Source: a virus. Taken from it: DNA of 64,000 nt. The notes under the pieces are model-generated. The model ran no database searches, was not told the DNA's origin, and saw only the letters and a program-made list of their open reading frames with translations. Of this stretch, positions 9,473-18,971 are shown one piece after another. The first letter of the stretch is position 1. Each line of letters starts with the position of its first letter. The position numbers were made by a program, and so were the translations under genes. The stretch lies in IMG/VR virus record IMGVR_UViG_3300025645_000065. One strand, given 5' to 3'.

Positions 9473-10618
9473 CTATTCAATAAATACGCATTGTGATTTA
9501 AGACTTGGAAGTATTTCTTTTAACTTAACTACTTGTGTCTGATATAAAACTAATTTATTTAGCGATGCTATCGGGCTTCCGTTAGCAGTAGCTGTTGAGC
9601 AAGCTCTTAGAATCTCCTCTAATAAGGTTAATGTACTCTCCAGTACTGTTACTGTTAGATCTCCATATAGTATAGGTTCGGTTGCGTCTTTACCTCCTAG
9701 ATTTATTCTAGTAGCTCTCGTCACAAACTCTTCAGTATCTATGTTAACGCTTCTTTCGCTGTTTAAATTTATAGATTGAGGGGAACTTATAAGTATGTTA
9801 TCGGTTGTACTATTAAAGAATAGCCTCCCGGAGTTAATTATTATTTGATCTCCTTTGTAGTCTCCTGCTGGTTGAGGGGGTGTTTTGTAACTGTAGTATT
9901 CTCTAGTACTACTAGGTTCTAAAGGTATTTGCTGTCCGTTAGTTAAGTAGATGCTGGAGTTGTCGTTATTTATATTCTCCTCTGTAGGTAGGAATCCGAC
10001 TGAGCCCTGTTGTCCTTGTCCATTCCTAAGTATGGTTATAGGCTGTCCGTTAAAACTTCCGGTAGACCAATTATTAAGGGGTTGTCCGTTCTGTATAGAG
10101 GTTGTTCCAAATCTTAAAGAGCTTCCTACCCTGCTTTCCATAATTACATCCCCTTCAAACTTCTTTAAAGGTTTAGTATTCGTAGACTCCTTAAAGTAGT
10201 TTCCGAGAGTAATATCCGTCGACCCTTCTGTTACTTTCCTAGTACTCCCTAAGCTAGTCTGCTGGTAATCTTGTCGCTGAGATTCTGGTATATTTGTGTT
10301 CTCGAATATATTAGGAATAGCATTATGGTGTTGGCTATTCCATATGTTTAGAGGAGATAGATAGTAGTATACCTCTCTAGTGTTATCTTCTTGAATATCT
10401 GGGGAAGGGAGTGTAAAGATATATACTAATTCATTTTTAAGTGGTAAATTTGAAAAATTAGAAAAATAAGGTTTAGCGAATCCACTACCTTTTCGAGAGG
10501 GTCCTTTTACTTTTCTAAATGTAATGGTACCAATACCGTTCCATTCCCCTGCATCCGCAAAGTATTTACTATTTACATCTAGTACTATATCTTCTACTAC
10601 TGCTACTTCGAATTTCAC
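9473..10618 (-). CDS. Hypothetical baseplate hub/spike-like protein
   Basis: 381 aa ORF in the structural module. Confidence 0.3.
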   Translation of the reverse strand: MKFEVAVVEDIVLDVNSKYFADAGEWNGIGTITFRKVKGPSRKGSGFAKPYFSNFSNLPLKNELVYIFTLPSPDIQEDNTREVYYYLSPLNIWNSQHHNAIPNIFENTNIPESQRQDYQQTSLGSTRKVTEGSTDITLGNYFKESTNTKPLKKFEGDVIMESRVGSSLRFGTTSIQNGQPLNNWSTGSFNGQPITILRNGQGQQGSVGFLPTEENINNDNSSIYLTNGQQIPLEPSSTREYYSYKTPPQPAGDYKGDQIIINSGRLFFNSTTDNILISSPQSINLNSERSVNIDTEEFVTRATRINLGGKDATEPILYGDLTVTVLESTLTLLEEILRACSTATANGSPIASLNKLVLYQTQVVKLKEILPSLKSQCVFIE

Positions 10619-10956
10619 TTCTCCTTACTCTCTTCTATATTCTTAACCTCTCTCATTAATTGCTCAATCTCCTCTTCTGAAATAGCTAAAGTATCCCCGG
10701 TGCTTTCTGAGGTGTTTAGTATTCTTTGAATTATTGTTGCCATTTTAATTAAGTGGTCATCGTTCTTTATACCTGCATCTAAGTACTCTCTAATTAAAGG
10801 TACGATTATAGTTGCATCTCCGGTATCTTGAATTAGAGGTTGTAACTCTCTTATCATTGCAGAGATCTGTTTACTTTTCTTTTTTTGATTATTGTAAATC
10901 TCCTCTAGGATATCTGCAAATTTTTTATCGCTAAATACTATCTTATCTAAACTCAT
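10615..10956 (-). CDS. Hypothetical protein
   Basis: 113 aa ORF. Confidence 0.3.
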   Translation of the reverse strand: MSLDKIVFSDKKFADILEEIYNNQKKKSKQISAMIRELQPLIQDTGDATIIVPLIREYLDAGIKNDDHLIKMATIIQRILNTSESTGDTLAISEEEIEQLMREVKNIEESKEK

Positions 10957-11001
10957 AGGGCTTTCCTCTTATTTATATTAATAAATAGAATCTAACTAAG
11001 T

Positions 11002-11745
11002 TTAGAAGCCTGTATACCCGTTCTCTTGGTAGAAGATATAATGTTTCTTGTAGATAGTTCCTAAAATTTTTGCTATTTTAGTTATCTTAGAGGTTTTAAC
11101 GTCTGTTATTTCTCTAATGTAAATGTATAGAGCTTTCTTATTGAATAAGGTAATTGTATCCCTCTTTCTAAATAACTCTAGTATTGCATCTGCAATTTGA
11201 GCTTGTTCTTTTTTAGGAAAGATCTTGTATATATTATCTGTACAATACTCTATATAGTCATTCATAAACTTCGTGGAATCTTCTTCTTGCTGGAGTAGGA
11301 GAGTTTCTGGTGTATTTTCCTCTAGGTTAATAGACTCCCTGTAGGAGGTCTGTGCATCTTCCTGCTCTACGTGTAAGTTTTCTAAAGATACCATCTCTAA
11401 CCTTTTCTTATAGTTCTTTTGATTAGAGGCTATTAAGTATCTTTTTGCGATAGTTCCGAAATAGGAGTATGCCTTCGCTCCGTTAGTAGGATCGAATTTG
11501 TGGAGTTTTGTTAAAAGGAAAGTAATAACTTCGTGTTGAAGGTCCTCTAAGTTGGATTCTTCTGTATAGTAAAACTTAAAGGTGTGAATTAAGTTTTGAG
11601 TAAGTTTAAAGAGAGCGAAGTGTATCTCATCTCTATAAATTGCATTCTTTTCTTCATAGTCTTCTGTTGCGTTATATCTATTTATTGCAAGTTCCGTCTC
11701 ATGTGAAAAGTAATTAGTTGTTTTTGTTTTCTTTTTGGGGGCCAT
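11002..11745 (-). CDS. Putative sigma-factor-like transcription regulator
   Basis: 247 aa. The segment AYSYFGTIAKRYLI resembles sigma-70 region 2. This is tentative. Confidence 0.3.
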   Translation of the reverse strand: MAPKKKTKTTNYFSHETELAINRYNATEDYEEKNAIYRDEIHFALFKLTQNLIHTFKFYYTEESNLEDLQHEVITFLLTKLHKFDPTNGAKAYSYFGTIAKRYLIASNQKNYKKRLEMVSLENLHVEQEDAQTSYRESINLEENTPETLLLQQEEDSTKFMNDYIEYCTDNIYKIFPKKEQAQIADAILELFRKRDTITLFNKKALYIYIREITDVKTSKITKIAKILGTIYKKHYIFYQENGYTGF

Positions 11746-12031
11746 CTACTCCTATTAATTTAAACCTACTTAGCATTCCTTGTAATTGTTTAATAGATTG
11801 AAAAAACCATCCTATCTCATCATCACTCTCGAAAGTGCCTTTACTATCTAATGTATCTAGCTTTTCTTGCGCATACTCTATGGTCTTGGACAGTTGGTCC
11901 ATATACAGTAGGTAGTTAGTTAGTACATCCTCTTGTTTTTCATTCTTTCTAAGGAGGTTAAATGTAGTGTAGGTTAATAGTACGTTTATTGCTACGCTTA
12001 CTAGTAGTATAATTTCCATGTTATTATTCAA
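11714..12031 (-). CDS. Small membrane protein
   Basis: 105 aa with an N-terminal hydrophobic helix. Confidence 0.3.
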   Translation of the reverse strand: MNNNMEIILLVSVAINVLLTYTTFNLLRKNEKQEDVLTNYLLYMDQLSKTIEYAQEKLDTLDSKGTFESDDEIGWFFQSIKQLQGMLSRFKLIGVDGPQKENKNN

Positions 12032-12036
12032 AAAAA

Positions 12037-12792
12037 TTAGACATTAGATCTTTTAATCCTTTCACTCTTAACTCCTCCTAGGGCTGTTGTTCGTGCCTTA
12101 GCTTGTACTTTTACTTTTGGTGCAGCAGTAAAGTTTTTAGATACGTCTCTAGTTGGTGCATGTAAGTGTCTTTCTACTTCTGCAGCTAAAAAATCTGCTT
12201 GATGTAAGATAAACATTATAACGCTCTTAGGACGGCTTTCTGGTATTCTTGATATAAAGTACCCTTTGTTAGCGTCATCATATAGGCCGTCGTGAGACCT
12301 GATTGCTAACATTTCGTTTAAAGTATACTGTATCCCTGCTTCTTGTAATAGGAATAATGACCTGTCTGGGATGGTCATAAATCCTACCTCTTTATTGTAG
12401 GAATATAGTTCTCCTAAGTTCTTCTTTCTCCAGTCGTTGTCTGAAGCTACATATAAATCATTGGTAGAGTCTCCTACTTTTCCTAAGTCGTGATTAATTG
12501 CAGAGAATACTAACTCCTCTACTGTGAAGGTCTCCATATCTGCTCCAAATCTACTCCATAATTCTCTAACCTCTAAAGCAGCAGATACTACTCTATTGAC
12601 ATGCTCTACATACCCTCCAGGGAAGCAATTGTGGTAGTTCACATTAGCGGCAGCAGGCATGAGAATAAACCTATCTATTTGGCTATTGTAGAATTCTAGT
12701 AACTTTTCTTTTCTTGGAGACGAAATATGAGTCTCAATATTACTAAGGAAGAGCGTCCAGTTAGATTGTATTTGTTCTGCGGTTAGATTCAT
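12037..12792 (-). CDS. HD-domain phosphohydrolase
   Basis: 251 aa carrying the H..HD..D motifs (INHDLGK, SHDGLYDD). Confidence 0.5.
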   Translation of the reverse strand: MNLTAEQIQSNWTLFLSNIETHISSPRKEKLLEFYNSQIDRFILMPAAANVNYHNCFPGGYVEHVNRVVSAALEVRELWSRFGADMETFTVEELVFSAINHDLGKVGDSTNDLYVASDNDWRKKNLGELYSYNKEVGFMTIPDRSLFLLQEAGIQYTLNEMLAIRSHDGLYDDANKGYFISRIPESRPKSVIMFILHQADFLAAEVERHLHAPTRDVSKNFTAAPKVKVQAKARTTALGGVKSERIKRSNV

Positions 12793-12816
12793 ATCTATAA
12801 TATAAGATAAGATTCT

Positions 12817-13011
12817 TTAATCTGCAACTTCAGAATCTGTGAAAGGCTCGATAGCGATTAAGTTTTTAACTTCTGCTAGATTCTCCTCTGTTTTTTGAAG
12901 CTGTTCTAAGTATTTTGCAACAGGCTCTTGACGCTGTACGATCATTCTTAAGATCTTCAGGTCGTTTTCTATAACTTCAATCTTAGTATTTGTTAAATGT
13001 CTATATCTCAT
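12817..13011 (-). CDS. Hypothetical small protein
   Basis: 64 aa ORF. Confidence 0.25.
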   Translation of the reverse strand: MRYRHLTNTKIEVIENDLKILRMIVQRQEPVAKYLEQLQKTEENLAEVKNLIAIEPFTDSEVAD

Positions 13012-13075
13012 AACTATTCTAGTTTAATATCTATATTGATAATATACCACTTATAGATTAAGATAGCAACTTCTA

Positions 13076-13495
13076 TTATAGAAATAAAATTTGATCTAGT
13101 ATTTGTTTTAGGTAACTACACTTCTCATACTGCTCTACTTCTGTAAAGTAGTTGAGCGCTTTATTTGCTGCTACTTTAAATCTAGGATCATTATAAGTCC
13201 TTAAGAAATCAAGATGCTCTTCATTCTTTAGGTTGATAGTGTTTAATTGATTATAAGCTTGGCTGTAGGTTAGGTGTACGCTTAAGCTTATTATATCAGC
13301 TTGAGTTTCTTCATCTACATTTAAACTTGCTACTATTGAATGTAGTGAAGTGTTATCTTCTCTGTTTATAAGCTTATGAAATATTCCCATAGCGAAGTAT
13401 GGGTGGTCTTTATATGATATAGATTGCTTAGCATATCTCAGAGTTTCCTCACTCTCAGATTCCGTAAACATTGAAAATATTTTATCTATATCCAT
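13076..13495 (-). CDS. Hypothetical protein
   Basis: 139 aa ORF. Confidence 0.3.
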   Translation of the reverse strand: MDIDKIFSMFTESESEETLRYAKQSISYKDHPYFAMGIFHKLINREDNTSLHSIVASLNVDEETQADIISLSVHLTYSQAYNQLNTINLKNEEHLDFLRTYNDPRFKVAANKALNYFTEVEQYEKCSYLKQILDQILFL

Positions 13496-13556
13496 TTAAA
13501 AAAAAGACCCGTACGCTGTTCTTATGGTAAGCAATACGGGTACTGTTGTATTTTAA

Positions 13557-13925
13557 TTAAGCGTTTCTTATTTTTCTTTGTATGTAGTTTACTAAATCAT
13601 CTTTAGCGTAGCCTTCCATACCTGGCTCTGTCATTGGTCCGGATTTCCATTCAGTAAAGATTCTAAGTATCTCGTCGATGTGAGTATCTAATTCTGGACC
13701 CATTGCTTCAACGTATCCTTCAGTATCATAATCCTCATTGTAATCTTCAGACTCTTCGGTCATTTTATGCTTAGCTTCATAAGCAGTTTTAACGCTTTCT
13801 GCAGTAGGAAGTGCATCTCCGAATTTTCTTTTTTCAAAACCGGGTGCTTGATCTTCTTTAAGAAGTTGAGCTTTCTTTTCTATACCTCCTTGTCTGAGGA
13901 ATTGTGCTAAATCGAAATTATGCAT
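13557..13925 (-). CDS. Acidic protein of the MxNFDL-leader family
   Basis: 122 aa. Its N-terminus MHNFDLAQFLRQGG is related to the MDNFDLKKYL leaders at 15958, 16769 and 38553. Confidence 0.35.
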   Translation of the reverse strand: MHNFDLAQFLRQGGIEKKAQLLKEDQAPGFEKRKFGDALPTAESVKTAYEAKHKMTEESEDYNEDYDTEGYVEAMGPELDTHIDEILRIFTEWKSGPMTEPGMEGYAKDDLVNYIQRKIRNA

Positions 13926-13931
13926 TCTATT

Positions 13932-14598
13932 TTATTGCTTAGGTTCGCCGAATATGACAGCTTTATTGAAGTAAGTAATTGTATTTGCAAGTTGACGAGT
14001 TAATTTCTCATCCCCTAAGCCCTTGGCAGCTTCATAAGCATCTACTAATTTACCGAATATTTCTTTTGAATCTCCGCCTGTTGCTAGATCTACTGGTGCA
14101 TCCATTCCCATATCAGGTTCAGCAGTCATGTCTGCCTCTGGTGCGTCGGTAGGTTCTTCTGCTGTATCTATAGCGATATCTTCTTCATCAGCTTCTCTAA
14201 GGTTCATCTCATCGTTAGGGTCTAAAGACATAAGTCTTTTAGCGATTTCTGAATGAAGGTACTCTGCTACATCAGCGGAATCAAACTCGTCGCCGGATTC
14301 GATCTGATCTCTATAGATCATCTCTGCAGCGTCTAGTAAGCTGTTTAATGCTTCTAAGTTAGTTAGTCCATCTATTCGATGCGGGATCAAACTCGTCGCC
14401 GGATTCGATCTGATCTCTATAGATCATCTCTGCAGCGTCTAGTAAGCTGTTTAATGCTTCTAAGTTGGTTAGTCCATCTATTCGATCAGCAGTTTCAGGA
14501 TCGAGTTGTTCTTTGATTAATGGTTTTTTATACATGTTGTCATAGAACTCTTTTCTAGTCTTCTGTACAAATGCTTGGATGTTGAAATTATCGGACAT
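13932..14598 (-). pseudogene. Hypothetical acidic protein gene split by a 106-bp tandem duplication. ORFs 14359..14598 and 13932..14390 are its two pieces.
   Basis: Both ORFs encode RIDGLTNLEALNSLLDAAEMIYRDQIESGDEFD. Removing one copy restores a single ORF of about 195 aa. Confidence 0.6.
14275..14486. repeat. Tandem direct duplication, 2 x 106 bp (14275-14380 and 14381-14486), 2 mismatches
   Basis: Direct sequence comparison. Confidence 0.9.
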
Positions 14599-14632
14599 AT
14601 CTTTATAAAGTGATTTATTAATAAATAGGCTT

Positions 14633-14938
14633 TTAATAGTTATTCATGAAGTTCTCTTTAAAACCTTTTAGCTTATTATATAGATCTGTAGCTGTCTGAA
14701 CTTGTCTTTGCTGTAGTAGTTCTATTCGAGAGTTTAGAAGGGTGTCCTGCTCTTTTTGAGAGGTTTCAACTACTTTAAGGTTCTCTTCCTGTGCTTTTCT
14801 AAGGGTTTGCATAGAATCTTCAAGCTTTATCTCCATCTTAATGACCTTTTCTCTAAGCTCTGTTAGGGTGTAGAATAAAATGCTATTATAAGCTATAAAA
14901 GTAAGAGCAGCAATTGAAATTAGAGTTGTAGATATCAT
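14633..14938 (-). CDS. Membrane-anchored coiled-coil protein
   Basis: 101 aa with an N-terminal transmembrane helix followed by a coiled coil. Confidence 0.3.
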   Translation of the reverse strand: MISTTLISIAALTFIAYNSILFYTLTELREKVIKMEIKLEDSMQTLRKAQEENLKVVETSQKEQDTLLNSRIELLQQRQVQTATDLYNKLKGFKENFMNNY

Positions 14939-14944
14939 AATAAA

Positions 14945-15160
14945 TTAAACTTCTTTATTGAAGATGTCAGAAAGTAAATCTAAGAAGTACTGTACGGTGA
15001 AAACGGCAGCAGTAACTTGTAGAGTTTCTATTACGAAGTCTAAAACTAAAGCGTCGTGAGACAGTACGCGAGCTCTAAACCAGGTACAGGCGGAGAAGAA
15101 AAGGATAAGTCCTAATAGTTTTGCTATTTGCATTAAGCGAAGGGTGGTGTTGTTACTCAT
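14945..15160 (-). CDS. Small membrane protein
   Basis: 71 aa with a hydrophobic core. Confidence 0.25.
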   Translation of the reverse strand: MSNNTTLRLMQIAKLLGLILFFSACTWFRARVLSHDALVLDFVIETLQVTAAVFTVQYFLDLLSDIFNKEV

Positions 15161-15550
15161 TAACGGAAGATACGAAATAAAGAGCGGGGAAGCAACTTAA
15201 AATAAACCGGCCTTCGCATTCTTACCAGTATATATATGTATAGTTCACTATTATTATAATGGGTCTGCCGTATTGTCTCCGGCTTGCCTGCATTCTTATA
15301 TAACCTTCTATAGAGAATAGGCTCTTGACTGTCTCAGACTAGTCTTTCACAGTGTAATAGGTCACCGTAGACCACCCCTCGGACGCTTTTATAGGGTCCA
15401 GGGAGGGTGTCAGGGTATAGAATTTAGGTTCTTGGTGTTCTTGGGCTTGATGTTGGGGTATCAATCCGGCAGTTTCACTTTCGTGAATATGTTTTAGGGT
15501 CCAGGGTCTTGTTTTTTCTTTTGTCATAACCTTTTACTTCAGTAACTTAA

Positions 15551-15958
15551 TTACATTTTTTCTAATTTACCTGTCCACCATTCGATGATGTAAGGTATAA
15601 ACTTATCTTTTCCGGATTGTAACATCCACCATTGACCGGAACCGGTGAAGTTGTGATTTTTAATAGCCTTCCCAGAAGGATCCATTAATATAGTCTTTAC
15701 TTCCATTATTCTCGGATTCTCCTCACTAAGGGTGTCGCTATAGCCTGCTACCCCCGGGTCTCTAAAGAAGTACGTAGAAGTAATTTGTACGGTGTACCCA
15801 TCCTTCAACTCTACCATATCTACAGTATCAAAGTAATGATTGGTGATTTCTTTATCTGCTGCCTGGCCGTCGCGGGCATTTATACGGTCACTTGAATACT
15901 GCTCTTCTTTTAAGAGCTTACCCTCGGTAAGGTATTTTTTTAAATCAAAATTGTCCAT
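15551..15958 (-). CDS. MDNFDLKKYLTEG-leader family protein
   Basis: 135 aa. N-terminus and 5' DNA are nearly identical to the gene at 16769. Confidence 0.4.
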   Translation of the reverse strand: MDNFDLKKYLTEGKLLKEEQYSSDRINARDGQAADKEITNHYFDTVDMVELKDGYTVQITSTYFFRDPGVAGYSDTLSEENPRIMEVKTILMDPSGKAIKNHNFTGSGQWWMLQSGKDKFIPYIIEWWTGKLEKM

Positions 15959-15971
15959 CTTATTTTATTTT

Positions 15972-16769
15972 TTATAATTTGTCTTGTAGTTTTGCAATCT
16001 CTTTGGTCCAGGCAATTATCGACTGCTTGGTCCAGGTAATATGTATACGTTTCCAGCTCTCTATACTACTAGCAAAACTGTCCTCCATCTCTTGATTGTA
16101 GTATGCTTCATCGTTGTTATAATTCTTGGCAGCACCTCGCTTTACGATTTCCTTCCAGGTCGGCCATTCATACCAATCTCCTTTATCCTTTAATGTTTGG
16201 ATGATTTCATCATCGGTTAGTTTTGAATCGTGTGCAAGTTCTGCTTGTGCCTTTGCAACTCTAGTTTCATACTGCTTAATATCTTTATTTAACCTTTCGA
16301 TCCTGTTCATTCTTTTGATCTTCTCAGAGTATTCTTTAGAAATCGTAGAAGATCCTGTTTTTGGGATATTTGTTCTTGTAATATATCTATAATGAAGTCG
16401 TTGGATGTTATAACCGCCTGCATAAATAGCCTCTGTTGAGAAGTTATAGGTAACTCCATCTCTTTCGATCTGTGCGGTTATTTCGATATTGTTCTTAATG
16501 CTCGTATTGACCTTTATTGAGAGTAATGTATCGGAAGGATTAGTATACGTCTCGATTGCCTTAACCATATCAAAGGTTAGATTGAGTCTTGCCATCTCTC
16601 TATCGAAATCAGTAAAGTCTTGTTTAAACTTTTCTTCAAACCAAGCCTCGGTTTGAGATACCATTTCAAAAATAGTAGGCTCTAACTTATTTAAAATAAC
16701 ATTAACAATATTACCTTCTTCAAATAACCTACCCTCGGTAAGGTACTTTTTTAAATCAAAATTATCCAT
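15972..16769 (-). CDS. MDNFDLKKYLTEG-leader family protein
   Basis: 265 aa paralog. Confidence 0.4.
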   Translation of the reverse strand: MDNFDLKKYLTEGRLFEEGNIVNVILNKLEPTIFEMVSQTEAWFEEKFKQDFTDFDREMARLNLTFDMVKAIETYTNPSDTLLSIKVNTSIKNNIEITAQIERDGVTYNFSTEAIYAGGYNIQRLHYRYITRTNIPKTGSSTISKEYSEKIKRMNRIERLNKDIKQYETRVAKAQAELAHDSKLTDDEIIQTLKDKGDWYEWPTWKEIVKRGAAKNYNNDEAYYNQEMEDSFASSIESWKRIHITWTKQSIIAWTKEIAKLQDKL

Positions 16770-16782
16770 CGTTTCTTATTAT

Positions 16783-16798
16783 GATATAAATATACGAA
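16783..16798 (-). promoter_or_regulatory. Motif-2-like (minus strand TTCGTATATTTATATC) upstream of 15972..16769
   Basis: Partial match to motif-2. Confidence 0.25.
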
Positions 16799-17649
16799 AA
16801 ATAATTCTAAGGACCTACCCTTTTAATTTGCTTTTTTAAGAAATAAGTTATAACTTCTAATAAAGAATGATACTCCTTTAAACGATAAAGGAGGAAAGGA
16901 AGAGAAGATGAATGAAAAGAATAAGAAAATATATAATGTATAATAAAATAGATATATTGAATAGAAACATTAGTAAGGTACCTTGCTAATAGAACTATGC
17001 TACTCCGGGAGGTTTTGATAAGACCTTGTTTTAACACTTGAAAATTTTGCCAAAAAAATTCCTTGGGTTTATTGTATTCTGATAACATGTTAGGATTTGG
17101 AAAACGGTACACTGGATAAGTTATACTGAATGTTTTTTAAGGTGTTTGGGTTTGAAATTCAATCTATCAAGTCTATTGGGTTCCTTAACGTGTTTAGGTT
17201 TTAAATATTCATAAGTTACCTCATACACCCTACCATCAACCTCTACTACCCTCTCTTCAATTACTCTAATACTATCCATTTTTTATTTTATTATAAGACT
17301 GTGCATAGACCTGGGAGATATCCATATATGGGTTTCTATCTCGTAAAGCTCTAACGCTTTTAAACAACTCGTCCTTACAGTTGGACTTAAGGCAATCATA
17401 AACAATTTCTTCTATAGAGGGCATGGCTTAAATACATAGTTTAATACTCACTTAATATACATATATATTTACTTATTACCCGAAAATTTTTCCGAAATAT
17501 ATTCGTAGAGTAGGCTCCCCTTACCTCTCAGATACACCTATAGTGATATTAAGTACACTTGTATTGATAGTGTGATACATACGTAGTACGTACGGTATGA
17601 GTACCTAGTGCGGCAGTAGCCATGCCTTACCGTGACCCTAGTGCCTTAG

Positions 17650-18453
17650 CTATACCTGCCAGTAAGAGCGGAATTCCTCGATGTTATGCTTTAAGAGGAC
17701 GTTATCCACCTCGATGCTCGGATAGAGGATCATTTCAAAGAGTTTCTGTGATTCCTTTGCCCATAACCCTTGTCCTTCCTTATACTTAATGCCTTTGATA
17801 GCATGTACGACCGGGTTGGAAGTATCCATAGAGTATATCCAATCATAATCTTTATAGTAAAGACCTTCCTGCGGTAACCCGGTCCCTAATAGATGATGAG
17901 GTTTATCTACATTGATTATACACATGTTCATTAATATGCCTAGCAATTGCACCCTGCCTAACATCCAAGACACTTTTTGATTAGGGTGAGGGAACATCTT
18001 CTCATATAGAGAATAGTCAAATGATATTGCTATCATATCTACCCCTAATCTATCTAGTGCCTGATAACATCTTATTATTTCCTCTAGTGTCTTTCCTTGT
18101 ACTACTCCGATGGATTTAGTTCCCTTAGGTATTCTATCTCCATATTCAAACAACCACTCCTCGGCCTGTCTTATTGTTCCATCACAATCCTCCAGTACAT
18201 CAGGAATGATATACCATGCAGGCATCAATCTATTTACCCACTTAAAGAAATGCTCTCCTTTAAATGCTGTCTCTAATTCAAAGATGCTATTATCTAATAT
18301 GATCTCCTCACCGAAGTCTTTTAAGTCTAAGAACTTCTTTCTATATGCCGGTATCTCATCCATTAAGTGTACCAGACAGTAAGAGTAGTCTGTCATTTTA
18401 TGTACCTCATCAAAGATAGATAAGGGTGCTTCGTGTGATATCTTAATTGCCAT
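17650..18453 (-). CDS. Possible DpdA/tRNA-guanine-transglycosylase-like protein (DNA 7-deazaguanine insertion), tentative
   Basis: 267 aa. The segment KPHHLLGTGLPQE...DWIYSMDTSNPVVHAIKG resembles the TGT catalytic region (HLMGVGxPE ... DCVMPTRNARNG). Confidence 0.3.
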   Translation of the reverse strand: MAIKISHEAPLSIFDEVHKMTDYSYCLVHLMDEIPAYRKKFLDLKDFGEEIILDNSIFELETAFKGEHFFKWVNRLMPAWYIIPDVLEDCDGTIRQAEEWLFEYGDRIPKGTKSIGVVQGKTLEEIIRCYQALDRLGVDMIAISFDYSLYEKMFPHPNQKVSWMLGRVQLLGILMNMCIINVDKPHHLLGTGLPQEGLYYKDYDWIYSMDTSNPVVHAIKGIKYKEGQGLWAKESQKLFEMILYPSIEVDNVLLKHNIEEFRSYWQV

Positions 18454-18520
18454 CTTACTTTAATATAAGAACAAACCTAAGAGAAGGCAACCTAAGCTGC
18501 TACCTCCTCTGTTTTTTATA

Positions 18521-18910
18521 TTATCCATACACTACGTCATTCATTACTAAAACTTGGAACACCACGTCAGCGTCATTAGCATCGTAGTCTCCGTTAAGTA
18601 CATTATCCAATGCCCACTGATGGTCTTTTGGGAAGTTCTCTAGCGTCTTTCTTACTGATTGGTAGGTAAGTGTACCTAGCGTCTCTTCCTCGTCCTCAGC
18701 GTCCAATATGGTTACTGATGACTCCTCGTTGTTATACAAAGCATCTGCTATCCTAATAGACTTAGGTCTAGGGTCATCTGCATACTTCTTTATGAACCCT
18801 GTTGAAGTGTCGAGGTCAAGCATATACCAATAGTTGCTACCACCCTCTAATGCGGTTACTATCAAATTCTCGAATGAATCGTAATCCATCTCTCTTTTTA
18901 TTGTTATCAT
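18521..18910 (-). CDS. Hypothetical protein
   Basis: 129 aa ORF. Confidence 0.3.
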   Translation of the reverse strand: MITIKREMDYDSFENLIVTALEGGSNYWYMLDLDTSTGFIKKYADDPRPKSIRIADALYNNEESSVTILDAEDEEETLGTLTYQSVRKTLENFPKDHQWALDNVLNGDYDANDADVVFQVLVMNDVVYG

Positions 18911-18922
18911 TTTAATATATAT

Positions 18923-18940
18923 TATACCTAAAGATACGAA
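18923..18940 (-). promoter_or_regulatory. Motif-1 (minus strand TTCGTATCTTTAGGTATA) after a terminator-like hairpin. Putative promoter.
   Basis: One of at least 14 copies of this motif. Confidence 0.4.
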
Positions 18941-18971
18941 CTAAATAGTTCCGGAACAAGCCTTTTCTTTT

